Numbered from the stretch's first letter, positions 36,458-47,075 are shown. The stretch: 64,000 nucleotides of DNA from Anaerolineae bacterium (GCA_003130845.1 QEXW01000025.1:1962-65961), one strand, 5' to 3'. Translations and numbers: made by a program. Notes: generated from the sequence alone by a model not told the origin.

Positions 36458-37390
36458 ATGAAACTCATCCAACCCTCTACCTTGCGTTTTATCACCGAAG
36501 CGCGTCAGACGCCCGGATATTCGCTGTTTGATTTTTTGCATGGGTACATCTATGGGCGCTGGACTCATTTGTATATTGCCATTGGCACAGGCCGCCATCC
36601 ACTATCCAAGTGGCTTGCCCCAATTGCAGCGTGGGTTGAAAAACAACTTGCTCGAAGGCAGGGCCATGCTGCGCCCGGCGAGGCGCTCTCCTTGGCCGAT
36701 ACGTATCACGGCAAAACGTTATCTCTCGAGGCCGCGCGTCAATTGGTGCTGGTCAACGAGGACATCCACCTGCCTGACTTGGAACAGGTGATTCCCTACA
36801 AAAAGGCGCGCGCTATCATTCTCAAAAATCCAGACCATATTGTCGCACTGGAATGTCCCTGTCGCGCTGCCCGACCCAACCCATGCCATCCGATGGACGT
36901 TTGCCTGGTGATTGGTGAGCCCTTTGCTAGTTTTGTCATCGAACATTGCCCGGAAAAGGCACGTTGGATTAGTCGGCAAGAAGCCATTGAGATTTTAGAA
37001 GCCGAGAACCGGCGCGGACATGTCCAACATGCCTTTTTCAAGGACGCTATGTTAGGCCGCTTTTACGCCATTTGCAATTGTTGCGCGTGTTGTTGTGGCG
37101 CACTACAAGCCCATCGGCAGGGTACGCCTATGCTGGCCTCGTCAGGGTACGTAGCGCAGATAGAAGAATCTCTGTGCGCAGGGTGTGGCGCTTGCCTCGC
37201 AGTATGTCAATTTTCGGCTCTGCGCATGGACGGAGCATACAGTCAGGTAGATTTGGCGCAATGTATGGGCTGTGGCGTGTGTGTGCAGCATTGTCCAACC
37301 GGCGCCATTTCGTTGCAGCGCGAACCCAGGCGGGGTGTGCCATTAGAAATCCATACACTGATGAAAAAAGCCGCAAAGCAAAACGGCTAA
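36458..37390 (+). CDS. 4Fe-4S dicluster domain protein of unknown function
   Basis: C-terminal CAGCGACLAVC and CMGCGVCVQHCP ferredoxin motifs, plus Cys-rich ICNCCACCCG. Confidence 0.65.
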   Translation: MKLIQPSTLRFITEARQTPGYSLFDFLHGYIYGRWTHLYIAIGTGRHPLSKWLAPIAAWVEKQLARRQGHAAPGEALSLADTYHGKTLSLEAARQLVLVNEDIHLPDLEQVIPYKKARAIILKNPDHIVALECPCRAARPNPCHPMDVCLVIGEPFASFVIEHCPEKARWISRQEAIEILEAENRRGHVQHAFFKDAMLGRFYAICNCCACCCGALQAHRQGTPMLASSGYVAQIEESLCAGCGACLAVCQFSALRMDGAYSQVDLAQCMGCGVCVQHCPTGAISLQREPRRGVPLEIHTLMKKAAKQNG

Positions 37391-37968
37391 CTAAACGAGA
37401 AGTTTTGCAGCAATGCGTAAAATAACGCAGGCAAAAGCACGCATACACAACAGAGTAAGATGAAAGCCGCCACGCAGCCCCATACCCAGGCTGGTATCTT
37501 GCCTTTAGGAGCCGGTTCGCTTGCCATCAAAGCCACGTTCGACCTCGATGCTGCCGGAGCGGCCGGTTCAGCCGATGTGGGTTTTTCGACATCCGGCTGA
37601 ACCGCCACAGTCTCAAATTTCAAGTTGTACTCGATTTGTTCTATCGCTGTCTGGGCATCGCCCAACTCGGTCTTGAAATAGTCACGGTACATTTCAAGCG
37701 CTTCGGGTTTATTTCCGGCGCGCAGTGCCGCTTTGATGGCATCCATTGCCTCGGCGCTGCTCTGGAATCTTTGCCCCGGCTCACTGTTGGCGCTGGTTGT
37801 ATTGGCTGAAGACCGCGCATTGTTTAGCGCTGCATCCAATTCTTTGCGGCTAGCGCGCCTGGTTGCAGCCGAGGTGGAAGTCGTTGGTAGGGGTGCGCCA
37901 CAATACGGGCAGGCACCTTGGGCGCTTTCGATGGAAGCGCCACATTGGGGGCAGTTATTTTGGCTCAT
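37387..37968 (-). CDS. zinc-ribbon protein with L7/L12-C-terminal-like helix pair and C-terminal TM anchor
   Basis: CPQCGASIESAQGACPYCG. AIKAALRAGNKPEALEMYRDYFKTELGDAQTAIEQIE resembles the ribosomal L7/L12 CTD-like motif. C-terminal WVWGCVAAFILLCCVCVLLPALFYALL. Confidence 0.55.
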   Translation of the reverse strand: MSQNNCPQCGASIESAQGACPYCGAPLPTTSTSAATRRASRKELDAALNNARSSANTTSANSEPGQRFQSSAEAMDAIKAALRAGNKPEALEMYRDYFKTELGDAQTAIEQIEYNLKFETVAVQPDVEKPTSAEPAAPAASRSNVALMASEPAPKGKIPAWVWGCVAAFILLCCVCVLLPALFYALLQNFSFS

Positions 37969-38251
37969 GTTTTTTCCCTTTGTGTTTGGTTTTTCTCACC
38001 TGTGATTTTGGTTTGCAGTTCGTGCTGTTTGTAGAAGGCTAGTTAGATGAACATCCCTCATGCTTTTTGCTTACCCTGTTTAAAACCGCTCCCTCGACTG
38101 CACATCGCGCCACCATGCAGTTCGGTCACGAGGATAGGCGCAAACCAGATGTTTTTATAAAGATTATTTTAGGCTGTTTTTGCTGCAATCCCAAACAAAA
38201 AGAATGGTACCTTGGTACTGATGCTTGGCCTGTTGGCCCGGGCACGTTGAC

Positions 38252-38830
38252 TCAATGACCGACCTGTACCGTTTCTTGGCATTGCGGAAAATTTAGGCAG
38301 CCGTAATATTGCTGACCTTTGCGCGGGCCTTCTTTGTAAAACCGTAAGACCATGGTAATGCCACAGCGCGGGCAGATGGGCGAATAATCGTTTGCGGCAC
38401 GCATCGGCTGGTTTTCGACTTTCGTCTGTTTCATGGCCCGCGCGAACAAGCGTGCTAGCTCTTGCATATCGTAACTGGGTTGTGCTAGCACATGCACTAA
38501 CGGAAGGCGTGCCTGTATAAATAGACTCTCTAGAAAGTTATCTCTTGGGCGGTGTTCGGCTTGTTTGGGATAATCGAGTTCAATCGCCAGCACTGGTTTG
38601 AGCGTATCGCGCCGCAGCAGCAGAAAATCCACGCTCTTCCGATAGATCTTGTTGAAGTAGTGCACATTTTCGTTGGGGCGGGTGACGAAAAATAGTTCTT
38701 GTAGTGGCACTTTTGGACAAATGTACAGGTGCTCTTTCACCATCTCGTGTAAAACGCGGAAAAAAGCAGCCTCGGCAGGCGAGAGAAATTCTTGGCGCAG
38801 TCGGTACGGGAAGGTGGAAGGCTCGTCCAT
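38252..38830 (-). CDS. DUF2726 (restriction-endonuclease-like fold) protein with C-terminal topoisomerase-type C4 zinc finger
   Basis: FLSPAEAAFFRVL...VDFLLL...VLAIELD resembles the DUF2726 core. CPRCGITMVLRF...YYGCLNFPQC is a zf-C4_Topoisom motif. Confidence 0.65.
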   Translation of the reverse strand: MDEPSTFPYRLRQEFLSPAEAAFFRVLHEMVKEHLYICPKVPLQELFFVTRPNENVHYFNKIYRKSVDFLLLRRDTLKPVLAIELDYPKQAEHRPRDNFLESLFIQARLPLVHVLAQPSYDMQELARLFARAMKQTKVENQPMRAANDYSPICPRCGITMVLRFYKEGPRKGQQYYGCLNFPQCQETVQVGH

Positions 38831-38844
38831 ACATCTTCTCCAGT

Positions 38845-41436
38845 CTATCCATATCCCTGTTCTAACAGATTACGCAGCAAGTGTGTTTCTTGGGCTTCAT
38901 TGGTTATTTTTCCATCGAGCCAGGCAGCGCGTAGTTCCCACAAAATGCGCTGATAGGCCGGTCCAGGCGGCAGCCCAAGCGCTTTGAGAGTCTGTCCATT
39001 GGTGCGTGGGCGAATGGTTTGCCAGTGCAAGACATACTCTGTCAGGGCAGGCTCTTGGTTCACTTGAAAAACGGCGTAAATGGCCGGTAGGGGAATGTCT
39101 TCGAGCTGTTGTACCCATCCAGAGGGGGATTTTTCGCGCAAGGCCGGTAATCTCGCCTGGAGCGAAGATGCCGCCCGCAAGGCTTTGTACAGTTCTAAAG
39201 GAAAACGCAGGCGTTCCTGTAAACGTTCAAGGTTTGGCTGGGGCAAATCGAGCAACCAAAGCAGGTAGGTCAATGCCCCTTGTAAGGACAATCCGGCCAG
39301 GGTGGCAGGCAATCTCCATTCTGGTGGCGGTGGTGTGGTTCGCGCAGCTTCTAGCCGTTGGCGCAATGTTTGATTCCAGATTAAGACATCTGTGATGGAG
39401 GTCATTAAGTTCAGTTCGGCCAGGCGCGCCAACATGGCCGGGGCGTTTGCTTCTTCCACAATCAAATCAATCTCATGGCGCACCCGCTCGTGCGAAAGGC
39501 GAGCAATCAGTGGTTTGGCTTCATCCATGAGTTGCAGCGTGCGTGGTTCGATGCGGAATCCATAGCGTTGTTCATAGCGCACGGCGCGTAACATGCGTGT
39601 TGGGTCATCTATAAATGAGAGCGAATGCAAAACGCGAACACAGCCCTTTTGTAAATCGGTCAGGCCGCCATAGTAATCGTGCAGTTCACCGAAGTGACGG
39701 CCATCTAACCGCAAGGCGAGCGTATTGATGGTGAAATCACGCCGATGCAGGTCTAGTTTGATGCTGCCCCGCTCTACGGTTGGTAAGGCAGTTGGATGTT
39801 CGTAAAATTCTTGGCGAGAGGAAATCAGGTCTAATGAAGAGTGCAAGGTGTGGAAAGAGGAGTGTTCCAAGTTCCATTTGGCTGTGCCAAAGCGGCTATG
39901 GCTGGTGACGCGTCCGCCATATTTGCGTGCTAGGGCCTTGGCGAGTAGAATGGCGTCTCCTTCGACCACAATATCAAAATCTAAGCTTGGCCGATTGAGT
40001 AACAAATCGCGCACAAAGCCACCTACGATATAGGCGGGCAGATGTTGTCGGTCGGCTTCTTCGGCAATGGCGCGTAGAACTGCCAAACGGTCTGGCGGCA
40101 GGGAGCGTTCGAGTTGCCGGGCGTAGGTATGTTGGGGGAGACGAGGGCGGCGTACCAGCGTTTTGAGCAAATCGGTGCGGGTGACAATGCCAATGATTTT
40201 TCCACTCTCCGGTTCCACGACCGGTATTTGCCCCCAACCGCTTTCAATCATCAGGCTTTGCACGCGCTGTAGAGAGTCGCTCGGCGAAACGGTTACTTCT
40301 CCCGCCTCCATCAGGCTGGCAGCAGGCAGGTTCAGGCGGTGGTTAAGGGCGCGGTCCACTGCACGGCGGGTGAGCAGGCCAATGATTTTGCCATCCTTGG
40401 CAACCGGAAAGCCCTCGTAGCCGTAGCGGGTCATTAATTGTGCGGCTTCTTGTGCGGGTGTTTCGGGCGCTAGCAAGCGCGGACGCCGCGACATGACCTG
40501 TGCAACGCTAATCGGTGGGCGAACATAGCGGGGAAGCAATTCAAGCAGCTGGGCGCGCAATGCGCTGATGGAGAGAGAAGCATGGGCGGTGTCTTTCTTT
40601 ATCAGGGCCGCTGCTGCGCGGTCGTGTCCTCCGCCACCGAATTGTGCGGCAATTGCTGCAACATCAATATCGTCTGTGGTAGAACGCGCCACCAGGCGAA
40701 TGCCTTCGAGGGTCTCGACCAATACAAGGAGCGCGTCTGGTTCAAACAAATCGCGTAACTTGTGCGCCAGACTGGAAATTTCCTCGGTCAAATTGTGCGC
40801 TTCACCGCAGGTTACAATGAGACGATGCCCGTTGATTTCGTAGATTTCGGCAGCACTGACTAGGCGCTCATACACTTCACGTTGTTCGGGTGTGAGGGGT
40901 GGGTTGAGAAATCGGCTGGCAATCCCCAAATCGGCACCTTGCTCCAATAGCCAGGCGGCAGCGTGTGCATCGCGGGCGGTTGTGCGTGAATAGGTGAGTG
41001 AGCCTGTATCTTCATAAATGCCTAATAAGAGCAAAGTTGCCTGAATCTGGGTTAGCTTAAGGCCTTGCTCGTGCAAGGCCTCTGTTAGAAAGGTGGTGGT
41101 GGCGCCTAAGTCAAACGTGGTGATTTCCCACTCGGGTGGATTGTTCTTGCGCAAAGGATGATGGTCGAAGACGCGAACGCGAGTGCGTTCTCCCATGCCT
41201 TTGAGTGTGATGAGCGATTGCGTATCCACCAGGGTCACAATTTCTACGGCTCCAGGCGGCAAATCGCGTGACTCTAAGAAAGGAAATTCCGTGCCATAGA
41301 GGGTTAGAAATGAACGTACATTGCGATTCAGGCGGCGTGGCAGGACTGCATAAGCGCCTTCATCCAACAAATAGGCTGCATATAGGGCAGCAACGGCATC
41401 GAAATCGGCTTGTTCGTGCGTGAGAATCAGGCGCAT
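38845..41436 (-). CDS. DHH/DHHA1 phosphoesterase - CBS pair - poly(A) polymerase/CCA-adding nucleotidyltransferase fusion protein
   Basis: N-terminal HEQADFDAV...DHH (FDHHP) and GGGH (GGGGHDRAAAA). Two CBS motifs. C-terminal YIVGGFVRDLLL...DFDIVVEG and RRDFTINT (class II nucleotidyltransferase). Confidence 0.8.
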   Translation of the reverse strand: MRLILTHEQADFDAVAALYAAYLLDEGAYAVLPRRLNRNVRSFLTLYGTEFPFLESRDLPPGAVEIVTLVDTQSLITLKGMGERTRVRVFDHHPLRKNNPPEWEITTFDLGATTTFLTEALHEQGLKLTQIQATLLLLGIYEDTGSLTYSRTTARDAHAAAWLLEQGADLGIASRFLNPPLTPEQREVYERLVSAAEIYEINGHRLIVTCGEAHNLTEEISSLAHKLRDLFEPDALLVLVETLEGIRLVARSTTDDIDVAAIAAQFGGGGHDRAAAALIKKDTAHASLSISALRAQLLELLPRYVRPPISVAQVMSRRPRLLAPETPAQEAAQLMTRYGYEGFPVAKDGKIIGLLTRRAVDRALNHRLNLPAASLMEAGEVTVSPSDSLQRVQSLMIESGWGQIPVVEPESGKIIGIVTRTDLLKTLVRRPRLPQHTYARQLERSLPPDRLAVLRAIAEEADRQHLPAYIVGGFVRDLLLNRPSLDFDIVVEGDAILLAKALARKYGGRVTSHSRFGTAKWNLEHSSFHTLHSSLDLISSRQEFYEHPTALPTVERGSIKLDLHRRDFTINTLALRLDGRHFGELHDYYGGLTDLQKGCVRVLHSLSFIDDPTRMLRAVRYEQRYGFRIEPRTLQLMDEAKPLIARLSHERVRHEIDLIVEEANAPAMLARLAELNLMTSITDVLIWNQTLRQRLEAARTTPPPPEWRLPATLAGLSLQGALTYLLWLLDLPQPNLERLQERLRFPLELYKALRAASSLQARLPALREKSPSGWVQQLEDIPLPAIYAVFQVNQEPALTEYVLHWQTIRPRTNGQTLKALGLPPGPAYQRILWELRAAWLDGKITNEAQETHLLRNLLEQGYG

Positions 41437-41442
41437 ATTTCT

Positions 41443-41448
41443 ATTTTA
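41443..41448 (-). promoter_or_regulatory. -10 box TAAAAT 6 nt upstream of the DHH-CBS-CCA ATG (leaderless geometry)
   Basis: Minus strand reads TAAAAT-AGAAAT-ATG. It overlaps the -35 of the divergent plus-strand promoter. Confidence 0.4.
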
Positions 41449-41587
41449 CACACAATCCAAATTCCTGTATAATTAGACTATGTTTTTAAGCCCGTCCCCG
41501 TTCCCATTCTGCCTAACCTCCAGGTCTGGATAGGTTCGTTTTTGCATGCCAAAGGCGGCTCCCAGACCTGGCGAGCCGTTTTTGTTT
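41445..41587 (+). promoter_or_regulatory. promoter + 17-codon leader ORF (MFLSPSPFPFCLTSRSG) + antiterminator/terminator upstream of the LOG-proS genes
   Basis: TTTACA-N17-TATAAT (41445-41473), with ATG at 41480 (6 nt after the -10) and stop at 41531. CCAGGTCTGG (41520-29) is complementary to CCAGACCTGG (41562-71), which forms the loop of the terminator CGGCTC/GAGCCG + T5 (41556-41583). Confidence 0.45.
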
Positions 41588-41657
41588 GGTAAGTGGTCCG
41601 TAGGTTGACCAACTCTTGTTTTCGAACCCTGGCACGATACCTGTTTGTGGACTGTTT

Positions 41658-42191
41658 ATGAACATCACGATTTTTGGCGGTGCGCAACCCCAACCCAACA
41701 CGCCGGCTTATGAAGAAGCGTATCTGCTTGGCAAGCGCTTGGCGGAAGCAGGTCACACGGTGCTAACCGGCGGATATATCGGCACGATGGAGGCCGTCAG
41801 CAAGGGTGCAGCAGAGGCCGGTGGGCATGTCATCGGTGTTACCTGTGACGAGATTGAGCGCTGGCGGCCCGTCGGGGTCAACCCTTGGGTAAAGGAAGAG
41901 AGAAGAAGAAAGACCCTCATCGAACGCTTGGAGGCGCTTATCACTGCCTGTGATGCCGCGATTGCCCTGCCAGGCGGCCCCGGCACATTGACCGAGATTG
42001 CTCTGACCTGGAACTTGATGATTGTCGAATCTCTGCCCCGTAGGCCGTTGGTGCTGGTTGGAGAGGGCTGGCAGGCCGTCTTTGACCAGTTTTTTCGCTC
42101 TTTGTCCCACTACATTCCCGAGCGGCAAAGAGAGTTTCTTCGTTTTGCTCAGGATGTAGAGACTGCCGCCAAGATGGTGATGGAGAGTTAA
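41658..42191 (+). CDS. LOG family / TIGR00725-type Rossmann protein (lysine-decarboxylase-like misnomer family)
   Basis: ITIFGGA...AYLLGKRLAEAGHTVLTGGYIGTMEAVSKGA...GGHVIGV...ALPGGPGTLTE. Confidence 0.75.
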   Translation: MNITIFGGAQPQPNTPAYEEAYLLGKRLAEAGHTVLTGGYIGTMEAVSKGAAEAGGHVIGVTCDEIERWRPVGVNPWVKEERRRKTLIERLEALITACDAAIALPGGPGTLTEIALTWNLMIVESLPRRPLVLVGEGWQAVFDQFFRSLSHYIPERQREFLRFAQDVETAAKMVMES

Positions 42192-42228
42192 CGCTTGGCT
42201 AAACTCGGTTTGTTTGCCGCTTTTGTAA

Positions 42229-43704
<1,476 letters not shown>

Positions 43705-43754
43705 TGGATTTGGGGCGAGGTTGGTTGTTCTGATGTTTTTTGCTGGTTTCTGGT

Positions 43755-44573
43755 ATGCCGGCGATTGATATTGCTCGTCTTAAAACCCAGGCTGCTGTGT
43801 TGGTTGAAAAGTTCGACCAGCCAGAACGGTTCGTTAAGGAACTGCACGAAATCCTGGACCTGTATGCCGACCGCACGCTGCGCGTTGGGATTGCTGCACC
43901 GGCTTCTGTGTTACCTGCATACCGTGTGCCACAGGCTGTGTTGCGTCAAATCGAAATGGAGCTGAATCCATTGGCAACCACGTTCCCAGAGCAAGCCTTG
44001 GCATTGACCAATGCGTTGTGGAAAGCAGGTTATTTAGAAACTCGTTTGTTAGCCGCTGTTTTGTTGGGAAAAATTCACCCGGATACGCCACATTTATTGG
44101 AGCGGGTGCAGGCTTGGGTAGCGCGCGCGCGCGATAAGCAACTTCGCAAGGCCTTGCTCAATGCTGGCTTGGTGCGTTTGCGACGCGAAGCACCACAACG
44201 TTTTTTGGCCCTGATTCAGACTTGGTTTGACCCGTCCACGCCGCGCCTGTGGGAATATGCTATCTATGCCCTCATCCCTCTTCTGGAAGACCCTGCCTAC
44301 GAAAATCTTCCACCCATCTATACCATGCTGACGCCGGTTATTCAGAACATACCACCCATGTTGCAAAATGAATTGGCCGATTTGCTCACCGCTTTATATC
44401 GCGCTTCGCCCGTAGAGACAACCTATTTCTTGCGTCAGGCGATGGCCGGGGCTGCTTCTCCCCAGTGTGCGGTGATTTTGCGACGCGTTGCTCCCAGCTT
44501 GCCCGAAGGATTGCGAGCAGTTGTGCAATCTTCTCGTTCGCCACGCTATTCAAAACTTTCGGGTGCTTCCTGA
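43755..44573 (+). CDS. hypothetical helical-repeat protein (possibly DNA alkylation repair/HEAT-like)
   Basis: All-helical 272 aa with a repetitive L/A-rich pattern. The family assignment is tentative. Confidence 0.35.
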   Translation: MPAIDIARLKTQAAVLVEKFDQPERFVKELHEILDLYADRTLRVGIAAPASVLPAYRVPQAVLRQIEMELNPLATTFPEQALALTNALWKAGYLETRLLAAVLLGKIHPDTPHLLERVQAWVARARDKQLRKALLNAGLVRLRREAPQRFLALIQTWFDPSTPRLWEYAIYALIPLLEDPAYENLPPIYTMLTPVIQNIPPMLQNELADLLTALYRASPVETTYFLRQAMAGAASPQCAVILRRVAPSLPEGLRAVVQSSRSPRYSKLSGAS

Positions 44574-44688
44574 GTTCTTGTTACGGATTGATGTCTCATC
44601 TGTGCAGCATGTTGTGATAAAGTTGCAGCAACCAGATTGAACACGAGCGCCAAGTCATTTTTTCTTTCTTGAATGCACCAGAAGTGAG

Positions 44689-44694
44689 TATAAT
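44689..44694 (+). promoter_or_regulatory. perfect TATAAT 6 nt upstream of ATG 44701 (leaderless geometry)
   Basis: TATAAT-CCCCCA-ATG, with no Shine-Dalgarno. Confidence 0.4.
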
Positions 44695-44700
44695 CCCCCA

Positions 44701-45432
44701 ATGCAAACTGTTTCTCCCCCTTCTCCCTCACAAACTCGTTTGGCGCGCACGCGCGAAGCGCAGCGTCGTAGCCGCGAGGCGGTCTTATTCTCGCTTTTGC
44801 CGGTTGTTTTTCTGCTCGGTTTAGGCTTGGGCTGGATTCTGTGGGGCGACAATCAGCCTTCGAACACGCAACAAGCCGCGCAATCAGTACCCACTATGCC
44901 AGTGCGCCGCGTTGCGGTTGAGGCGGGTGATAGCCCGGCTTTAGGTCCAACAGATGCCCCCATCACGATTATTGAATTTAGCGATTATGAATGTCCCTTT
45001 TGTGCGCGTTGGCATCAGCAGGTGTATCAACGCTTGTTGAAGGAATACGAAGGCAAAATCCGTTTTGTCTACCGGGATTTTCCGCTCGAGAGTATTCACC
45101 CTAATGCCAAATCGGCTGCCATAGCTGCCCATTGTGCTGGCGAACAGGGCGCGTATTTTCCCTTTCACGATGCTTTATTTAGTTACAAGTACGACCTGAA
45201 TCGCGAATCGTATCTCATCTATGCTACCGAACTGGGTTTAGATATTCAGGCGTTTCAGACTTGCGTGGATGAGGAGCGCTATGCTGATAAAGTGCAGTCC
45301 GATTTGCGTTACGGGCTTTCGATTGGCGTCAATTCCACCCCGACTTTTTTTGTGAATGGGATTATCATCATTGGAGCGCAGCCGTTCGATGTCTTCCAGC
45401 AGGTGATAGAAAAGGAATTGGCTGGGCAGTGA
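44701..45432 (+). CDS. membrane-anchored DsbA-family thiol:disulfide oxidoreductase
   Basis: TM LFSLLPVVFLLGLGLGWIL, and ITIIEFSDYECPFCARW (CPFC active site). Confidence 0.85.
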   Translation: MQTVSPPSPSQTRLARTREAQRRSREAVLFSLLPVVFLLGLGLGWILWGDNQPSNTQQAAQSVPTMPVRRVAVEAGDSPALGPTDAPITIIEFSDYECPFCARWHQQVYQRLLKEYEGKIRFVYRDFPLESIHPNAKSAAIAAHCAGEQGAYFPFHDALFSYKYDLNRESYLIYATELGLDIQAFQTCVDEERYADKVQSDLRYGLSIGVNSTPTFFVNGIIIIGAQPFDVFQQVIEKELAGQ

Positions 45433-45448
45433 CGCCAGGAGATGTGTG

Positions 45449-46120
45449 ATGAAAAAGTTCGTGGCAGTTGCTGGCAATATTGGAGTGGGTAAATCTACTC
45501 TGGTTAACTTGTTGTGCCAAAAGCTAGGGCCCAATTGGCAGCCGTTTTATGAGCCGGTGACTGAAAATCCCTATTTGGCTGATTTTTATAGCGATATGTC
45601 GGCCTGGGCGTTTCACTCACAAATCTTTTTTCTCACTCATCGGCTGCGGATTCACTATAAAATCGCACAGCATCCTACCTCGGTCTTTCAAGATAGAAGT
45701 GTGTACGAGGATGCAGAGATTTTTGCCCACAATTTGTTTCTACAGGGCTATATTCATCCCCGTGACTACGAAACGTATCGTAATTTGTACGAGACGTTGG
45801 TGCAATTTTTGCCTCCGCCCGACCTTGTTATTTATCTACGCGCTTCTGTGCCGAGCCTGTTAACGCGTATTGCGCAACGTGGACGTGACTATGAACGTTC
45901 TATCTCGGCTGAATATCTGGCTGGGTTAAACCGGCTGTATGAAAAATGGATTGCCGGCTTTACGCTTTGTCCGGTGTTGACCATTCCAACCGATGATTTG
46001 AACTATGTTGCTCACCCTGGTCATTTGAATTTGGTGGTGCGTAAAATTGAAGAAAAACTGACCGGCAAAGAGGAAGTCGTCTTCGAACCAGAAGAAATGG
46101 CGCGAGCCGCAGAGGATTAA
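45449..46120 (+). CDS. deoxynucleoside kinase
   Basis: P-loop VAVAGNIGVGKSTL. ...NPYLADFY..., FQDRSVYED, DLVIYLRASV are typical of the dNK family. Confidence 0.85.
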   Translation: MKKFVAVAGNIGVGKSTLVNLLCQKLGPNWQPFYEPVTENPYLADFYSDMSAWAFHSQIFFLTHRLRIHYKIAQHPTSVFQDRSVYEDAEIFAHNLFLQGYIHPRDYETYRNLYETLVQFLPPPDLVIYLRASVPSLLTRIAQRGRDYERSISAEYLAGLNRLYEKWIAGFTLCPVLTIPTDDLNYVAHPGHLNLVVRKIEEKLTGKEEVVFEPEEMARAAED

Positions 46121-46122
46121 CC

Positions 46123-46434
46123 ATGAACGAGGTGCGAGTTATCGCTTGGTCTGCTCCTGAATCTCCGACCAAAAATGCCATCCGCGAGTTGCTGGATGGC
46201 GAGGGGTTGGTGTACTATGCTTGGGCCAATGACCCGTTTGATACTTATACGGCTCACACGCACCCTTATCACAAGGTGATTTACGTTACGCAGGGCAGCA
46301 TCACTTTTCACCTACCACAGAGGGAACAATCTATCACGCTGCATGCGGGTGACCGGTTGGAGTTGCCGGCGGGTACCTTGCACAGCGCAACGGTGGGGAT
46401 AGAGGGTGTGGAGTGCCTGGAAGCACATTGCTGA
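46123..46434 (+). CDS. cupin domain protein
   Basis: 103 aa. HTHPYHKVIYVTQGSITF...GDRLELPAGTLHSA are cupin motifs 1 and 2. Confidence 0.7.
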   Translation: MNEVRVIAWSAPESPTKNAIRELLDGEGLVYYAWANDPFDTYTAHTHPYHKVIYVTQGSITFHLPQREQSITLHAGDRLELPAGTLHSATVGIEGVECLEAHC

Positions 46435-46456
46435 TTGGGCTGTTTCGTTTGCCCGG

Positions 46457-47008
46457 TTAGTCGGTAAAGAGAGGCAGATGTCCGAGGGCGATGATATGCA
46501 GCCATTTGGACTTTTCGCCTTCGGTGAAGATAGCTGCTTCGGCGACTACGGTTGCGCCGGCTTTGCTCAAAATCATGCGCATGCCTTGTAAGGTTGAACC
46601 GGTGCTGATGACATCATCTACAATCACAACGCGCTTCCCCTGCACCAGGTCGCGGTCTTTCTCGTCAAGAATCAAGACTTGTGGCTGACCGGTCGTAATG
46701 GACAACGTTTCGGCTTGCAAAGCATCGCCCATGTAGGGTTTGTAGGCTTTGCGTAGAACAACGTATGGTTTGTGTGTTTCAACCGAGAGCGCATGGGCCA
46801 GTGGGATGGACTTGGCCTCGGCAGTGACCAGGACATCATATTCCACCGATTCTAGCTTCTTCGCCAATTCGCGGGCGCAAGCCTGAACCAGTTCGGTGTC
46901 GCCTAGGATGTTTAGAATCGCAATCCGCAGTTTGGGCGCAACCTCGAATAAACGCAGGTCACGCTTGAGACCGGCAATTTCAACGGTGTAGAATTCATGT
47001 TCGGGCAT
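46457..47008 (-). CDS. phosphoribosyltransferase family protein (purine/adenine PRTase-like)
   Basis: PRPP-binding motif VVIVDDVISTGSTL. GGAGGA lies upstream of ATG 47008. Confidence 0.8.
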   Translation of the reverse strand: MPEHEFYTVEIAGLKRDLRLFEVAPKLRIAILNILGDTELVQACARELAKKLESVEYDVLVTAEAKSIPLAHALSVETHKPYVVLRKAYKPYMGDALQAETLSITTGQPQVLILDEKDRDLVQGKRVVIVDDVISTGSTLQGMRMILSKAGATVVAEAAIFTEGEKSKWLHIIALGHLPLFTD

Positions 47009-47075
47009 GTTCGTCCTCCACAAGGATTTTTGAATCTGGTCGGTAGTGTATCACATTCTGTGAACTGTTCAAACC

